A stretch of DNA of 64,000 nt from an uncultured virus (IMG/VR IMGVR_UViG_3300044212_000089) (lineage: Duplodnaviria; Heunggongvirae; Uroviricota; Caudoviricetes). Where the stretch lies: the IMG/VR virus record IMGVR_UViG_3300044212_000089, one strand, 5' to 3'. Shown here in pieces: positions 46,606-57,084 of this stretch; position 1 is the first letter of the stretch, and each line of letters starts with the position of its first letter. The notes beneath the pieces are model-generated. The model ran no database searches. It had not been told where the DNA came from and saw nothing but the letters and a program-made list of their open reading frames with translations. The position numbers and the translations under genes are program-made.

Positions 46606-46813
46606 GAATATAGAAAAATGGTCAACGATGAAGGAAGTGCAGGAATACCTCGGGGTAGGCCGCGAAAGCATCATGCAATGGATCAACAAGCGCAACATGC
46701 CTGCATACAAAGTCGGGCGACTTTGGAAATTCAAACTGAGCGAAGTCGATGACTGGATTCGCTCCGGCGGAGCTGCCGAAGAAAACAGCGAAAAGGAAAA
46801 CAAGGAAAACTGA
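46598..46813 (+). CDS. Excisionase-like HTH protein
   Basis: EVQEYLGV...MPAYKVGRLWKF. Confidence 0.88.
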   Translation: MDKNIEKWSTMKEVQEYLGVGRESIMQWINKRNMPAYKVGRLWKFKLSEVDDWIRSGGAAEENSEKENKEN

Positions 46814-46903
46814 TCGGCGAAGTCCAGACTATTGGATAGCCGGTAATTCATAATAAATGAAAAAGGCCGCTGCGAAGAAACAGCGGTACGAAGGAGAAAA
46901 TCA

Positions 46904-48910
46904 ATGGACAATCAGGAGTACAACTCGATAGTCAGCTTTATATGGGGAATCGCAGACGACTGCCTGCGCGACGTCTATGTCCGCGGCAAATACCGTGACG
47001 TTATTCTGCCGATGACGGTCATCCGCCGCCTTGATGCAATGCTGGAAGGGACGAAGGAAGCCGTTCTTACCATGAAGAAGCAGTTGGACACCGCCAAGAT
47101 CGATAACCAGTGGCCTGCGCTCTGCAACACTGCCGGACAGGCGTTCTGCAATGCCTCGCCATTCCTTTTAAAGGATCTGACGAGCCGCTCGAAGAAGCAG
47201 ACACTTGAAGCGGACTTCAAGGCATACCTGGACGGCTTCTCTCCGAACGTTCAGGAGATCCTCGACAAATTCAAGTTCCGCGACCAGATCAAGACGATGG
47301 TAGACGCGGACATTCTTGGCGCGGTCATCGACAAGTTCACATCATCGGATATCAACCTCAGCCCGAATCCTGTTTATAAGGACGCGGAGAAAAAGATCGT
47401 GAAGCTGCCGGGACTCGATAACCACGGCATGGGAACGATCTTCGAGGAGTTAATCCGCCGATTTAACGAAGAAAACAATGAGGAAGCCGGAGAACACTGG
47501 ACACCGAGGGACGTTGTCGAGCTCATGGCTGACCTTGCTTTCTATCCCGTTGAAGACCAGATCAAAGATGCAACATACTCCTGCTATGACGGTGCCTGTG
47601 GCACAGGAGGAATGCTTACGGTTGCTCAGGCGCGACTCCTGACACTCGCGGGCCGTCGCGGAAAGAATGTCTCTATTCACCTGTTTGGTCAGGAGGTCCA
47701 GCCGGAAACGTACGCCATCTGCAAAGCTGACATGCTGCTCAAGGGCGATGGCGAGGAAGCCGAACACATCTTCTATGGCTCAACGCTATCGCTGGATGGG
47801 AATCCGTCGCGGCAGTTCGACTTCATGCTTTCCAATCCACCGTATGGGAAAAGCTGGAAAACAGATGCAGACAAGATGGGTGGCAAGAGTGAAATCCTTG
47901 ACACTCGTTTCAATGCATACCTTCCCGGCGGTGAGGAGCTAAAGATGATCCCGCGCACAAGCGACGGACAGCTTCTCTTCCTGCTTAACAATGTATCCAA
48001 GATGAAAACCGACACAGAACTCGGGAGCCGCATCATCGAAGTACATAACGGCTCATCCCTGTTCACGGGCGATGCAGGAAGCGGTGAAAGCAATGCTCGC
48101 CGGTATATGATCGAGCGTGATCTGGTAGAGGCCATCATCGCATTGCCTGACAACATGTTCTACAACACAGGCATTGGCACATACATTTGGGTGCTTTCCA
48201 ATAAGAAGGAAGAACGCCGCAAAGGCAAGATTCAGCTCATCGACGCGACAAATATGAAGTCCTCGCTGCGCAAGAACATGGGCAATAAGAACTGCGAATT
48301 CACGCCGGAAATCCGTAAGGAAATTGTCCGCATCTTCCTCGACATGGAGGAAAGCGACGTAAGCATGATATTCGATAACAGTGAGTTCGGCTACTGGAAT
48401 GTAACTGTCGAGCGCCCGCTGCGCCTGCGCGTATTCCCGGAACGAGAAATCCCGGAAGATACGTTCAAGAAGCAGTCAGAGCTTGATGCAGTTCGTGAGG
48501 CCATCGCCAAGATTCCTGCGGGAACGCCGCTTGACGATTGGGACGCTTTTGCCAAGGCGACAAAGCTCAAAAAGACGCAGCTCAAGAAGATCCGTCCGTT
48601 TATCACGGAAACTGATCCACATGCAAAAGAGGTTGAAGGCGAATCCGATCCGAACCTCCGCGACTCGGAAAACATTCCGTTCAACTACGATGGTGGGATC
48701 GATGCATTCATCGAAAAGGAAATCAAGCCATATGCACCGGACGCCTACGTGGATGAAAGCAAGACAAAGATCGGCTACGAGATCAGCTTCACGAAGTACT
48801 TCTACAAGCCGGTGCAACTCCGTGATATGAAAGACATCCTTGCCTCGCTTGAGGAGCTCGAAAAGGAGTCTGATGGGGTCATGGATGAGATCGTGGAGGG
48901 ACTGGAGTAA
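46904..48910 (+). CDS. hsdM: Type I RM methyltransferase subunit
   Basis: GEHWTP, YDGACGTGG, SNPPYG. Confidence 0.95.
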   Translation: MDNQEYNSIVSFIWGIADDCLRDVYVRGKYRDVILPMTVIRRLDAMLEGTKEAVLTMKKQLDTAKIDNQWPALCNTAGQAFCNASPFLLKDLTSRSKKQTLEADFKAYLDGFSPNVQEILDKFKFRDQIKTMVDADILGAVIDKFTSSDINLSPNPVYKDAEKKIVKLPGLDNHGMGTIFEELIRRFNEENNEEAGEHWTPRDVVELMADLAFYPVEDQIKDATYSCYDGACGTGGMLTVAQARLLTLAGRRGKNVSIHLFGQEVQPETYAICKADMLLKGDGEEAEHIFYGSTLSLDGNPSRQFDFMLSNPPYGKSWKTDADKMGGKSEILDTRFNAYLPGGEELKMIPRTSDGQLLFLLNNVSKMKTDTELGSRIIEVHNGSSLFTGDAGSGESNARRYMIERDLVEAIIALPDNMFYNTGIGTYIWVLSNKKEERRKGKIQLIDATNMKSSLRKNMGNKNCEFTPEIRKEIVRIFLDMEESDVSMIFDNSEFGYWNVTVERPLRLRVFPEREIPEDTFKKQSELDAVREAIAKIPAGTPLDDWDAFAKATKLKKTQLKKIRPFITETDPHAKEVEGESDPNLRDSENIPFNYDGGIDAFIEKEIKPYAPDAYVDESKTKIGYEISFTKYFYKPVQLRDMKDILASLEELEKESDGVMDEIVEGLE

Positions 48911-50292
48911 TGGTTGAATACGAATCTTATAAGAGTTCGTTCTATGATTGGCTGGGGAAGATTCCTTCTCATTGGGAAGAAAAGTTTTTAGAGCAAACTG
49001 CCTCAGAAAAATGTGACAAGAATATTGGCAATACAGTTACTCAAGTTTTGTCTTTAAGTTATGGAGAAATCAAGAAAAAAGGCGATTTAAACAAAGGACT
49101 GATTGCACGAGATTTGTCGACATATCAAATAATAGCCCCAGGCAATATTGTCATGCGCCTTACAGATTTGCAGAATGATCATAAAAGCCTGCGTACTGGT
49201 CTGGTAAAGGACGACGGAATTATTACGGCGGCGTATTTGTGTCTGGCTCCGAGAATCAGTTCGGAATATCTCCATTATTTGCTCCACGCTTATGATGTAA
49301 AGAAAGTTTTCTACGGTATGGGTGGCGGCGTTCGGCAATCTATAGGTTTTAAGGATATACGGCACATGTATATTCCTGTTCCTCCCCGCGCCGAGCAGGA
49401 TCAGATTGTGCGCTTCCTCGATTGGAAAGTCTCTGAGATCAACAAGCTGATCGGAATCCGCCGGAAGGAGATACAGGAACTGCGGGCCTTGAAATCAGCT
49501 GTCATCAACTCCGCAATTACAAGAGGCATTGATGCAAATGTGGCCATGAAAAGGACAGGCGTTTATTATCTGCCTGAAGTTCCCGCTTCATGGAAAGTAA
49601 CAAAGCTAAAGAGAATATGCAAAGTTGGCGCATCGATTAATGATCTGATAAGGGAGCATTCAGATCAGGACGAGGTGGTTTTCTTGCCTATGGAAAATAT
49701 TTCAGAAGATGGCGAGATCGATTGCTCAATAAAGCAGCCTATTGCCAAAGTAAAAACTGGTTTCTCATCTTTTGCGAAAAATGATGTTGTAGTGGCAAAG
49801 ATCACACCATGCTTTGAGAATGGCAAGGGTGCTTGTCTTGATAAACTTGAATCCGATATTGGGTACGGTACGACAGAACTGTTTAACTTAAGAGCTGGGA
49901 ATGACGTCCTTCCAGAGTATCTGTATTTCATTACAATGACTAAGCTGTTCCGCATTCTCGGAGAAGGTCAAATGACTGGGTCAGCGGGTCAAAAAAGGGT
50001 GCCTGCGGATTTTATCAGGGATTTCACTATAGGCCTGCCGCCCATAGATGAACAGCAGGAAATTGTCGATTACATTCGCTCCGAGAAGGGACGGATTAAC
50101 AGACTTATAGCAACTAAGCATGAACAGCTAAGGGCTCTGACGGAATTTAAGTCTTCTGTTGTATCAGATGCTGTCACCGGAAAAATCGATGTCCGAAATG
50201 TCACTGTTCCTGAGTATGAACACGTAGATGACATCGTTGACGATGATTCGGAGAATAACGAAGAAACAGAGACCGACGGAGAGGAGGCTTGA
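48910..50292 (+). CDS. hsdS: Type I RM specificity subunit
   Basis: Two TRDs; PP..EQ..I conserved helices; AVTGKIDVR. Confidence 0.93.
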   Translation: MVEYESYKSSFYDWLGKIPSHWEEKFLEQTASEKCDKNIGNTVTQVLSLSYGEIKKKGDLNKGLIARDLSTYQIIAPGNIVMRLTDLQNDHKSLRTGLVKDDGIITAAYLCLAPRISSEYLHYLLHAYDVKKVFYGMGGGVRQSIGFKDIRHMYIPVPPRAEQDQIVRFLDWKVSEINKLIGIRRKEIQELRALKSAVINSAITRGIDANVAMKRTGVYYLPEVPASWKVTKLKRICKVGASINDLIREHSDQDEVVFLPMENISEDGEIDCSIKQPIAKVKTGFSSFAKNDVVVAKITPCFENGKGACLDKLESDIGYGTTELFNLRAGNDVLPEYLYFITMTKLFRILGEGQMTGSAGQKRVPADFIRDFTIGLPPIDEQQEIVDYIRSEKGRINRLIATKHEQLRALTEFKSSVVSDAVTGKIDVRNVTVPEYEHVDDIVDDDSENNEETETDGEEA

Positions 50293-50294
50293 TC

Positions 50295-53200
50295 ATGGCT
50301 TTTACGGATAAAACCGAGAGGGGATTTGAGACGATCATCGTGAACTGGCTCGTGGAGCAGAATGGCTACGAGCAGGGAACGAATGACGACTACAGTAAGG
50401 AATACGCCGTAGACGAAACCCGCCTCTTCCGGTTCCTGAATGATACGCAGCCGAGGGAAATGGCAAAGCTTGGTGTAAATAACAGCGATCAGAAGAAGCG
50501 GCAGTTCCTAAACCGCCTTTCCGGAGAGATTGCCAAGCGCGGCATTATTGATGTGTTGCGAAACGGTGTGAAAGCGTATCCGGCTGACCTCATCATGTTC
50601 TACTTCACGCCGACTGAGAACAACGAGAAGTCGAAGCAGATGTTTGAAAAGAATATCTTCAGTGTGACACGGCAGCTTCGCTATTCCATCGACGCTTCAA
50701 AGCTCGCACTCGACCTTTGCCTGTTCATCAACGGTCTTCCGGTCGTCACGATTGAGCTCAAGAATCATTTCACTGGTCAGTCGACAGCAGATGCCGTTGA
50801 GCAGTATAAGGAAGATCGCGATCCGCGGGACACGATGTTCTCGTTCAAACGGTGCATGGTGCATTTCGCAGTCGATGACCAGACCGTCATGTTCTGCACG
50901 AAGCTTGCTGGTAAAGACAGCTGGTTCCTGCCATTCAACAAGGGCTATAACGATGGCGCGGGCAATCCGCCGAATCCGGACGGCATCATGACAGACTATC
51001 TGTGGAAGGACATTCTGACGAAGTGGAAGCTCTCCCGCATTATCGAGAATTACGCTCAGGTCGTCGTTGACGAAGATCCGGACACGAAGAAGAAAACCGT
51101 GAAACAGATCTGGCCACGCTACCATCAGCTGGACTGCGTGGAGAAGCTGCTCACAGATGTGAAACAAAACGGTGTCGGTAAGCGCTATCTCATCCAGCAC
51201 AGTGCAGGCTCCGGAAAGTCGAATTCTATCGCATGGCTTGCTCATCAGCTGATTGGATTGGAACAAGACGGCCATCCCATGATCGATTCCGTTATCGTCG
51301 TCACCGACCGCAGGATTCTGGACAAGCAGATCCGCGATACCATCAAGCAGTTCATGCAGGTGAAAAACACGGTCGTTTGGGCACAGCATTCCGGAGACCT
51401 GAAAAAGGCAATCCAGGATGGCAAGCGGATCATTATAACCACGGTTGAGAAGTTCCCGTACATCTCGCAGGAAATCGGTCAGGAACATATCAATAATCAT
51501 TTTGCCATTATCATCGATGAGGCACACTCAGGCCAGAGCGGGCGCAATTCCGCGAATATGAATCTGGCGCTTTCCGGCATGGCTTCAGACAACGAAATGG
51601 ACAATGAAGACAAGATCAATGCGATTGTCGAGGGCCGGAAGCTCGTAAAGACCGCGAGCTATTTTGCGTTCACCGCGACCCCAAAGAACAAGACCGAGGA
51701 GGTTTTCGGAACGCCATATGAAGAGGATGGCGAAATCAAGCACAGGCCTTTCCATGTTTACACCATGAAGCAGGCCATTCAGGAAGGCTTCATCCTTGAC
51801 GTCTTGAAGAACTATACGGCGATCGACAGCTGGTACAAGATTGCCAAGAAGGTCGAGGACGATCCGATGTTCGACAAGAAGCGCGCCCAGAAAAAACTGC
51901 GTTCCTTTGTCGAGGGGAATCCGGATGTCATCGCCAAGAAGGCTGCCATGATGGTGGATCACTTCCATGAGCAGATCATCGCTAAGAAGAAGCTGAACGG
52001 AAAGTCCCGCGCAATGGTGGTGACCGCGAGCATCCCACGCTGCATCGAGACCTACTATGCCATCAACAAGTGCCTTGCAGACAGACATAGTCCGTACAAG
52101 GCGATTATCGCTTTCTCCGGCGAGTGCAAATACAACGGACAGGAACCTGCCCTGACGTCGGCAGGACTGAACGGGTTCCCGGACGCCAAGATCCCGAAGG
52201 AGTTCAAGAAAGATCCGTATCGTCTTCTGGTAGTTGCAGACATGTTCCAGACCGGATTTGATGAGCCACTTCTGCAGACCATGTACGTGGATAAGCCGCT
52301 TTATGACATTGCGGCAGTGCAGACGCTTTCCCGTCTGAACCGCGCGGCTCCCGGGAAGGACGAAGTCTATGTGCTGGACTTTGCAAACAAGACATCGACG
52401 ATTCAGGACGCCTTCTCGAAGTTCTACAGGACAACGATACTGTCTGGAGAGACTGATCCGAACAAGCTTTACGACCTGATCACGCTCATGGAGAGCTATC
52501 AGGTATATGACGCTGACGATGTAGAGCACGTAGTTGATTTGTTCCTTGGCGGAGCTGAGAGAGACAGGCTTGATCCGTTGCTTGATCCGTGCGTGGCTAC
52601 CTACAACGAACTCGAAACGGACGATCAGATCAAGTTCAAGAGCGCAGCAAAGTCATTTGTCCGTACATACGGTTTCCTTGGTTCCATTCTTCCCTATGGG
52701 AATGTGGACTGGGAAAAGTTGTCGATCTTCCTGAATCTGCTAATACCGAAACTTCCGTCACCTCGTGAGGATGATTTGTCAGAGGGCATTTTGTCTACGA
52801 TTGATCTGGACAGTTATCGGAATGAAGCACAGGAGGCCGTGGCCATAAAACTGGAGGACGAGGAGGCCGAGATTGCTCCGGTCCCTGCCGGAAAGGTCGG
52901 CCATAACGTTGAGCCGGAACTTGATCCGCTTTCCAAGATCATCATGGATTTCAACGATATGTTCGGAAACATCCAGTGGAATGACGCTGATAACGTACAG
53001 CGCCAGATCCTCCAGATTCCGGCGATGGTTTCTCGTGACGAGAAATACCAGAATGCCATGAAGAATTCTGATGAGCAGGAAGCCCGAACAGAAAGCGAGC
53101 GCGCCCTGCAGAAGGTCATCTTCTCCATCATGGCGGACAACATGGAGCTCTTTAAGCAGTTTCAGGACAATCCGTCGTTCAAGAAGTGGCTTACGAATAT

Positions 53201-53390
53201 GGTATTCAACATGACGTACAACAAGGAGGGGAAACCGTATGAAGCACCAGACGATTTGGATTCTCCGAAAGTCGCCAGCGACAATTTCACAAGCTATCGA
53301 TATCCAACAGAAGCGCCAAGAAGCGGAATGATGGTAGCCGATGGCAAAGTAACGTTCGGTGAAAAGAAGGACAGCGATTCTAAAAAGTAG
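50295..53390 (+). CDS. hsdR: Type I RM restriction subunit
   Basis: D...IELK, HSAGSGKS, DEAH, FTATP, QTGFD, QTLSRLNR. Confidence 0.95.
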   Translation: MAFTDKTERGFETIIVNWLVEQNGYEQGTNDDYSKEYAVDETRLFRFLNDTQPREMAKLGVNNSDQKKRQFLNRLSGEIAKRGIIDVLRNGVKAYPADLIMFYFTPTENNEKSKQMFEKNIFSVTRQLRYSIDASKLALDLCLFINGLPVVTIELKNHFTGQSTADAVEQYKEDRDPRDTMFSFKRCMVHFAVDDQTVMFCTKLAGKDSWFLPFNKGYNDGAGNPPNPDGIMTDYLWKDILTKWKLSRIIENYAQVVVDEDPDTKKKTVKQIWPRYHQLDCVEKLLTDVKQNGVGKRYLIQHSAGSGKSNSIAWLAHQLIGLEQDGHPMIDSVIVVTDRRILDKQIRDTIKQFMQVKNTVVWAQHSGDLKKAIQDGKRIIITTVEKFPYISQEIGQEHINNHFAIIIDEAHSGQSGRNSANMNLALSGMASDNEMDNEDKINAIVEGRKLVKTASYFAFTATPKNKTEEVFGTPYEEDGEIKHRPFHVYTMKQAIQEGFILDVLKNYTAIDSWYKIAKKVEDDPMFDKKRAQKKLRSFVEGNPDVIAKKAAMMVDHFHEQIIAKKKLNGKSRAMVVTASIPRCIETYYAINKCLADRHSPYKAIIAFSGECKYNGQEPALTSAGLNGFPDAKIPKEFKKDPYRLLVVADMFQTGFDEPLLQTMYVDKPLYDIAAVQTLSRLNRAAPGKDEVYVLDFANKTSTIQDAFSKFYRTTILSGETDPNKLYDLITLMESYQVYDADDVEHVVDLFLGGAERDRLDPLLDPCVATYNELETDDQIKFKSAAKSFVRTYGFLGSILPYGNVDWEKLSIFLNLLIPKLPSPREDDLSEGILSTIDLDSYRNEAQEAVAIKLEDEEAEIAPVPAGKVGHNVEPELDPLSKIIMDFNDMFGNIQWNDADNVQRQILQIPAMVSRDEKYQNAMKNSDEQEARTESERALQKVIFSIMADNMELFKQFQDNPSFKKWLTNMVFNMTYNKEGKPYEAPDDLDSPKVASDNFTSYRYPTEAPRSGMMVADGKVTFGEKKDSDSKK

Positions 53391-53419
53391 ACAGACGCAA
53401 ATGAAGGGAGGCAGCAAGC

Positions 53420-54349
53420 GTGGAGTTATCCAAAACTGTAAAGGACAAGACATTCGATGATTACTTTACAGAGGTGGAGCATTCCGAGACGATCAGCGGA
53501 ATGGTACGCCCTGGTTCTCTGCGCCTTTTTTGCCTCAACGTCAGAAACGGAAACATCAAATCATCCGATCTTGAGAAATTTACCATGCTCAACATCGGGC
53601 AGTATGTGTTCTCTCGGGCAAAGCAGGAGAACTATCGGAATACAGGCAATTTCGACCTTGTGACACAGCAAGCCCTGAGAGCCATGAGAAAAAGCGCCAA
53701 GGCTCGAGACATTGATGCAGGAGAAACGCTCGGCGAGATCATGGTCTATGCTGTCATGGAAGAAAAGCTTAATGCTCATAAGCTCCTCAGCAAAATCGAA
53801 CTCAGCGCAGATGCTGCGCAGTATGCGAGCGAGGCCGACGGCATTCATTTCCTGTGCAGGGACGGCAAAACGATCCTCTCCAATCAGATGGTATTCGGTG
53901 CGTCGAGCGTCACTGGAGACATCAAGGACGCCATTGACATCGCTTTTGAGAAGATATCTCGTATTGCAAATCACGAGGATGAAGAGCTGCTTCTCGTAGA
54001 GAAAACAGCACTTGATCGCTTCTATGAAGAAGACGACCTGAAAGTCCTGACCAGCTACGTTATCCCGGAGGAGCACAAAAACGCTGCCTACGGTACATCC
54101 TTCGGAGTGTTCCTCGGATATTCTCTTGGCCTGATCCCGGACGGCTATGACGATGACCAGTTCCGGGACCGCATGCATAAGAAAATGATTCGCGACATCA
54201 ACGCGCACGAAGAATACATAGCTCAAAAGATACGCGATGCAAAACTGCAGAATCACTCGTTCTATTTCTTCACGTTGCCTCTTAATCAGGCCAGGGAGGA
54301 AAGTGACTTGATCATGCAGCATGTTCTGGAAGGAGATGTCGACCTATGA
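53420..54349 (+). CDS. hamA: DUF1837 / Hachiman HamA-like protein
   Basis: LGEIMVY..ME..L..KL.SKIEL...DGIH; coupled to a downstream helicase. Confidence 0.7.
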   Translation: MELSKTVKDKTFDDYFTEVEHSETISGMVRPGSLRLFCLNVRNGNIKSSDLEKFTMLNIGQYVFSRAKQENYRNTGNFDLVTQQALRAMRKSAKARDIDAGETLGEIMVYAVMEEKLNAHKLLSKIELSADAAQYASEADGIHFLCRDGKTILSNQMVFGASSVTGDIKDAIDIAFEKISRIANHEDEELLLVEKTALDRFYEEDDLKVLTSYVIPEEHKNAAYGTSFGVFLGYSLGLIPDGYDDDQFRDRMHKKMIRDINAHEEYIAQKIRDAKLQNHSFYFFTLPLNQAREESDLIMQHVLEGDVDL

Positions 54350-57079
54350 CCGTTGAAAAGAGAACACTTGGGTCGGTCATCTTCGCCGGCATCGACAGCA
54401 ATCCATACCTTGGAACACTGTATGCTCGGCTTCTGAAAGGCTATGGCTTGAGTCTCTTCAACTTGAATCAACGAAGCTCGACGGAGTTGTTCAACGCCAA
54501 GGAGAAAACCGACATTTTACGGTTTGCCGACATTCTCTCCAAGTCGAATGATCCAGAGAAGGCAGACGCGCACAAGATATGGGCTCAGGAAATAGCCATA
54601 CTGATGCATGAGATGTATCCGCAGGATTCGCTCGTCAACCTTTACGCCGGAGACGTTTTCTCAAGCGTCGGTAACCACAAGGGACTCGAGCTTGTAAACA
54701 AGGACTATTCTGAGCCGCATGCACTGGAAGAAATTTTCGCACAGTTCAGAGGCGATTACCTCACTATCCCCGCGGAACCTAGCCAGCGGTTCTTCGGAGA
54801 ACAGAAGAACGCCTATGACCATCTGACGGACGACTGCTTTAGCTACTCCGCGCCCACTTCGATGGGAAAATCCTTCATTATGAGGATGTTCATCAAGGAC
54901 GAGATCATGCACGGGGCCCAGAAGAACTATGCGCTCATCGTCCCTACCAAGGCGCTGATAAACGAAGTCCGGGCAAAAGTCATAGACGATCTTGGCGGAG
55001 AAAAGAATACAGAGAAGGTCAACTACCTGAAGCTCCATAACTACAGCGTGGTGACAGCAGCAAGCGACATAGCTCTAGAGGACGATAACCGGAACTTCAT
55101 CCTTGTCATGACGCCGGAGAGACTTCTTTACCTTCTGATAGCGAAGCCTCGCTTTGACCTGGATTATCTGTTCATCGACGAGGCCCACAAACTTTCAGGC
55201 AAGAACAGTCGAGCGCCTTTCTACTACAAAGTAGTCGACAAGCTCGTGCATCGCCAGAAGAAACCGCACTTCATCTTCGCATCGCCGAACATACCGAATC
55301 CGCAGGTCTATCTGAGATTGATGCTCAATGCGGAGGAAGGCGATGAAGACGCTCTTGCAATCACATACTCGCCGGTTGTTCAGATCAAATTTCTTGTTGA
55401 TCTGAAGAAAGGACGAATCGAGGTTTATAACGACCACGCACTTGAAGATCAGTGCCGAATACTTCTCGCCAATGTGCGCGGCAGCGGTATTGAAGTGAAT
55501 GACTTCCTGCTGGCTATCGAAACACAGAACAGGAAACTTTCCAAGGAAAAGCGTAAGCAGAGCATCGTTTACTACAACGGACGAGACAAGGCCATAAGGG
55601 CCGCCCACTCCTTCTATGAGCGGATAAAACCGAATGGCCCGAGAAATGATCCGCTTCTTGAGGCCTTGTCAAAGGACATTCAGGAAGAAGTCCATCAATG
55701 GTACTACCTCGCAGAAATGGTACGTTATGGCATTGCTTACCACATCGGTTATCTTCCGGCATCAATAAGGGCACGGATCGAGGAGCTTTTTAAATCCGGG
55801 AACATCACGGTAATGTTCTGTACCAGTACGCTGTTGGAGGGCGTCAATCTCCCGGCGGACAATCTGTTCATCATGGAGAACAAGATATTCCTCAGCGAGA
55901 TGAATACCATTGATTTCCGTAATCTCATAGGCCGAGTGGGCAGGATCAGCTTCAACCTCTTTGGGAATGTCTACTTTGTAGCGGAACGCAACAGCAAGAT
56001 AACGACAGATGACTATGTACGTATGCTTGGGCAGGAAATTCCAGAGCAGTCGCTTTCTATTGCTACTGATCCGAATGTGCTCAAGAAGGTCGAGAAACAG
56101 TATGTCGCCGATATTCTCAAAAGCGGGAAGTCGGAAATACCACGCCGTGTGAACGCTGATGGCAAAGCTATGCAGAGCGAGGAATCCTATGAGATGATGC
56201 GCAGATTCGCGACTATTCTTCAGGGAGACATTGTTCACGAGCGGGATACGCTGGTGCGTCGTGAATTCAAAGACTTCTTGACGCCAGCCGATGAGGAGTT
56301 CATCCGGGATACCTTCAAAGACGCCGAAGTCAAGCCTGATGACGACATCAATACGTCGGTAGATCAGACAACAAGCCTTATTGCAGCTATCCGAAGGGAG
56401 CGAAACCCGCTGCGTTATCCAGATCTTGTTGATGGGAAGTTCGTATATGACGATGTGCTTGCTTTTCTCGACGAACTTGCAGAAGTGTTCAACTGGGAGG
56501 AGTACGAGGCCGGTACGCTCGGAAAACCATCACTGCGCAGATGGTACGCCGTGATCCTCTGCCAGTGGATGGACGGCGGCGGGTTGAAGTTCATCATGGA
56601 CAGGGCTCTTGAATACCATCAGAACCACCCATACCCATTCTGGATCAACAAGCATGGGTCTCCGATAACGTACAATTACCTTTCCGACGAGCCATCACAA
56701 TGCCGTATTCGGAGACACGCTTGAGGTTATTGAGAACATCATCCTTTACAGCATTTCGAACTATTTCCTTCGATTCTCCAACGAGTACAGGAAAATCAGA
56801 GGAGACGAGGCACTCAACCGGAACGATTGGTATGAATACGTGGAATTCGGTACGACGAATCCGCTGACGATCCTGCTGCAGCGCAGCGGCTTTTCCAGAG
56901 AATCCGCTCGCTACATAAAAGAGCACCACGAGTATGTCATAAGGGACGGTAGCACAGGCCAGCTGAAACTTAGCCCTGCTCTTGCTCGGTGTGGTAATAC
57001 GGATGTACGTAATGAAGTCATATACATACGGCAGAACTCACCGGAGATTTTTGAAGCCGATAATAATGATGAGGGATAA
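54346..57079 (+). pseudogene. hamB: Hachiman HamB-like SF2 helicase, frameshifted near 56684
   Basis: APTSMGKS, DEAH, STLLEGVNLPA, NLIGRVGR; reading continues in the +1 frame (HHNAVFGDTLEVIE...EFGTTN) to 57079. Confidence 0.75.
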
Positions 57080-57084
57080 AGACT

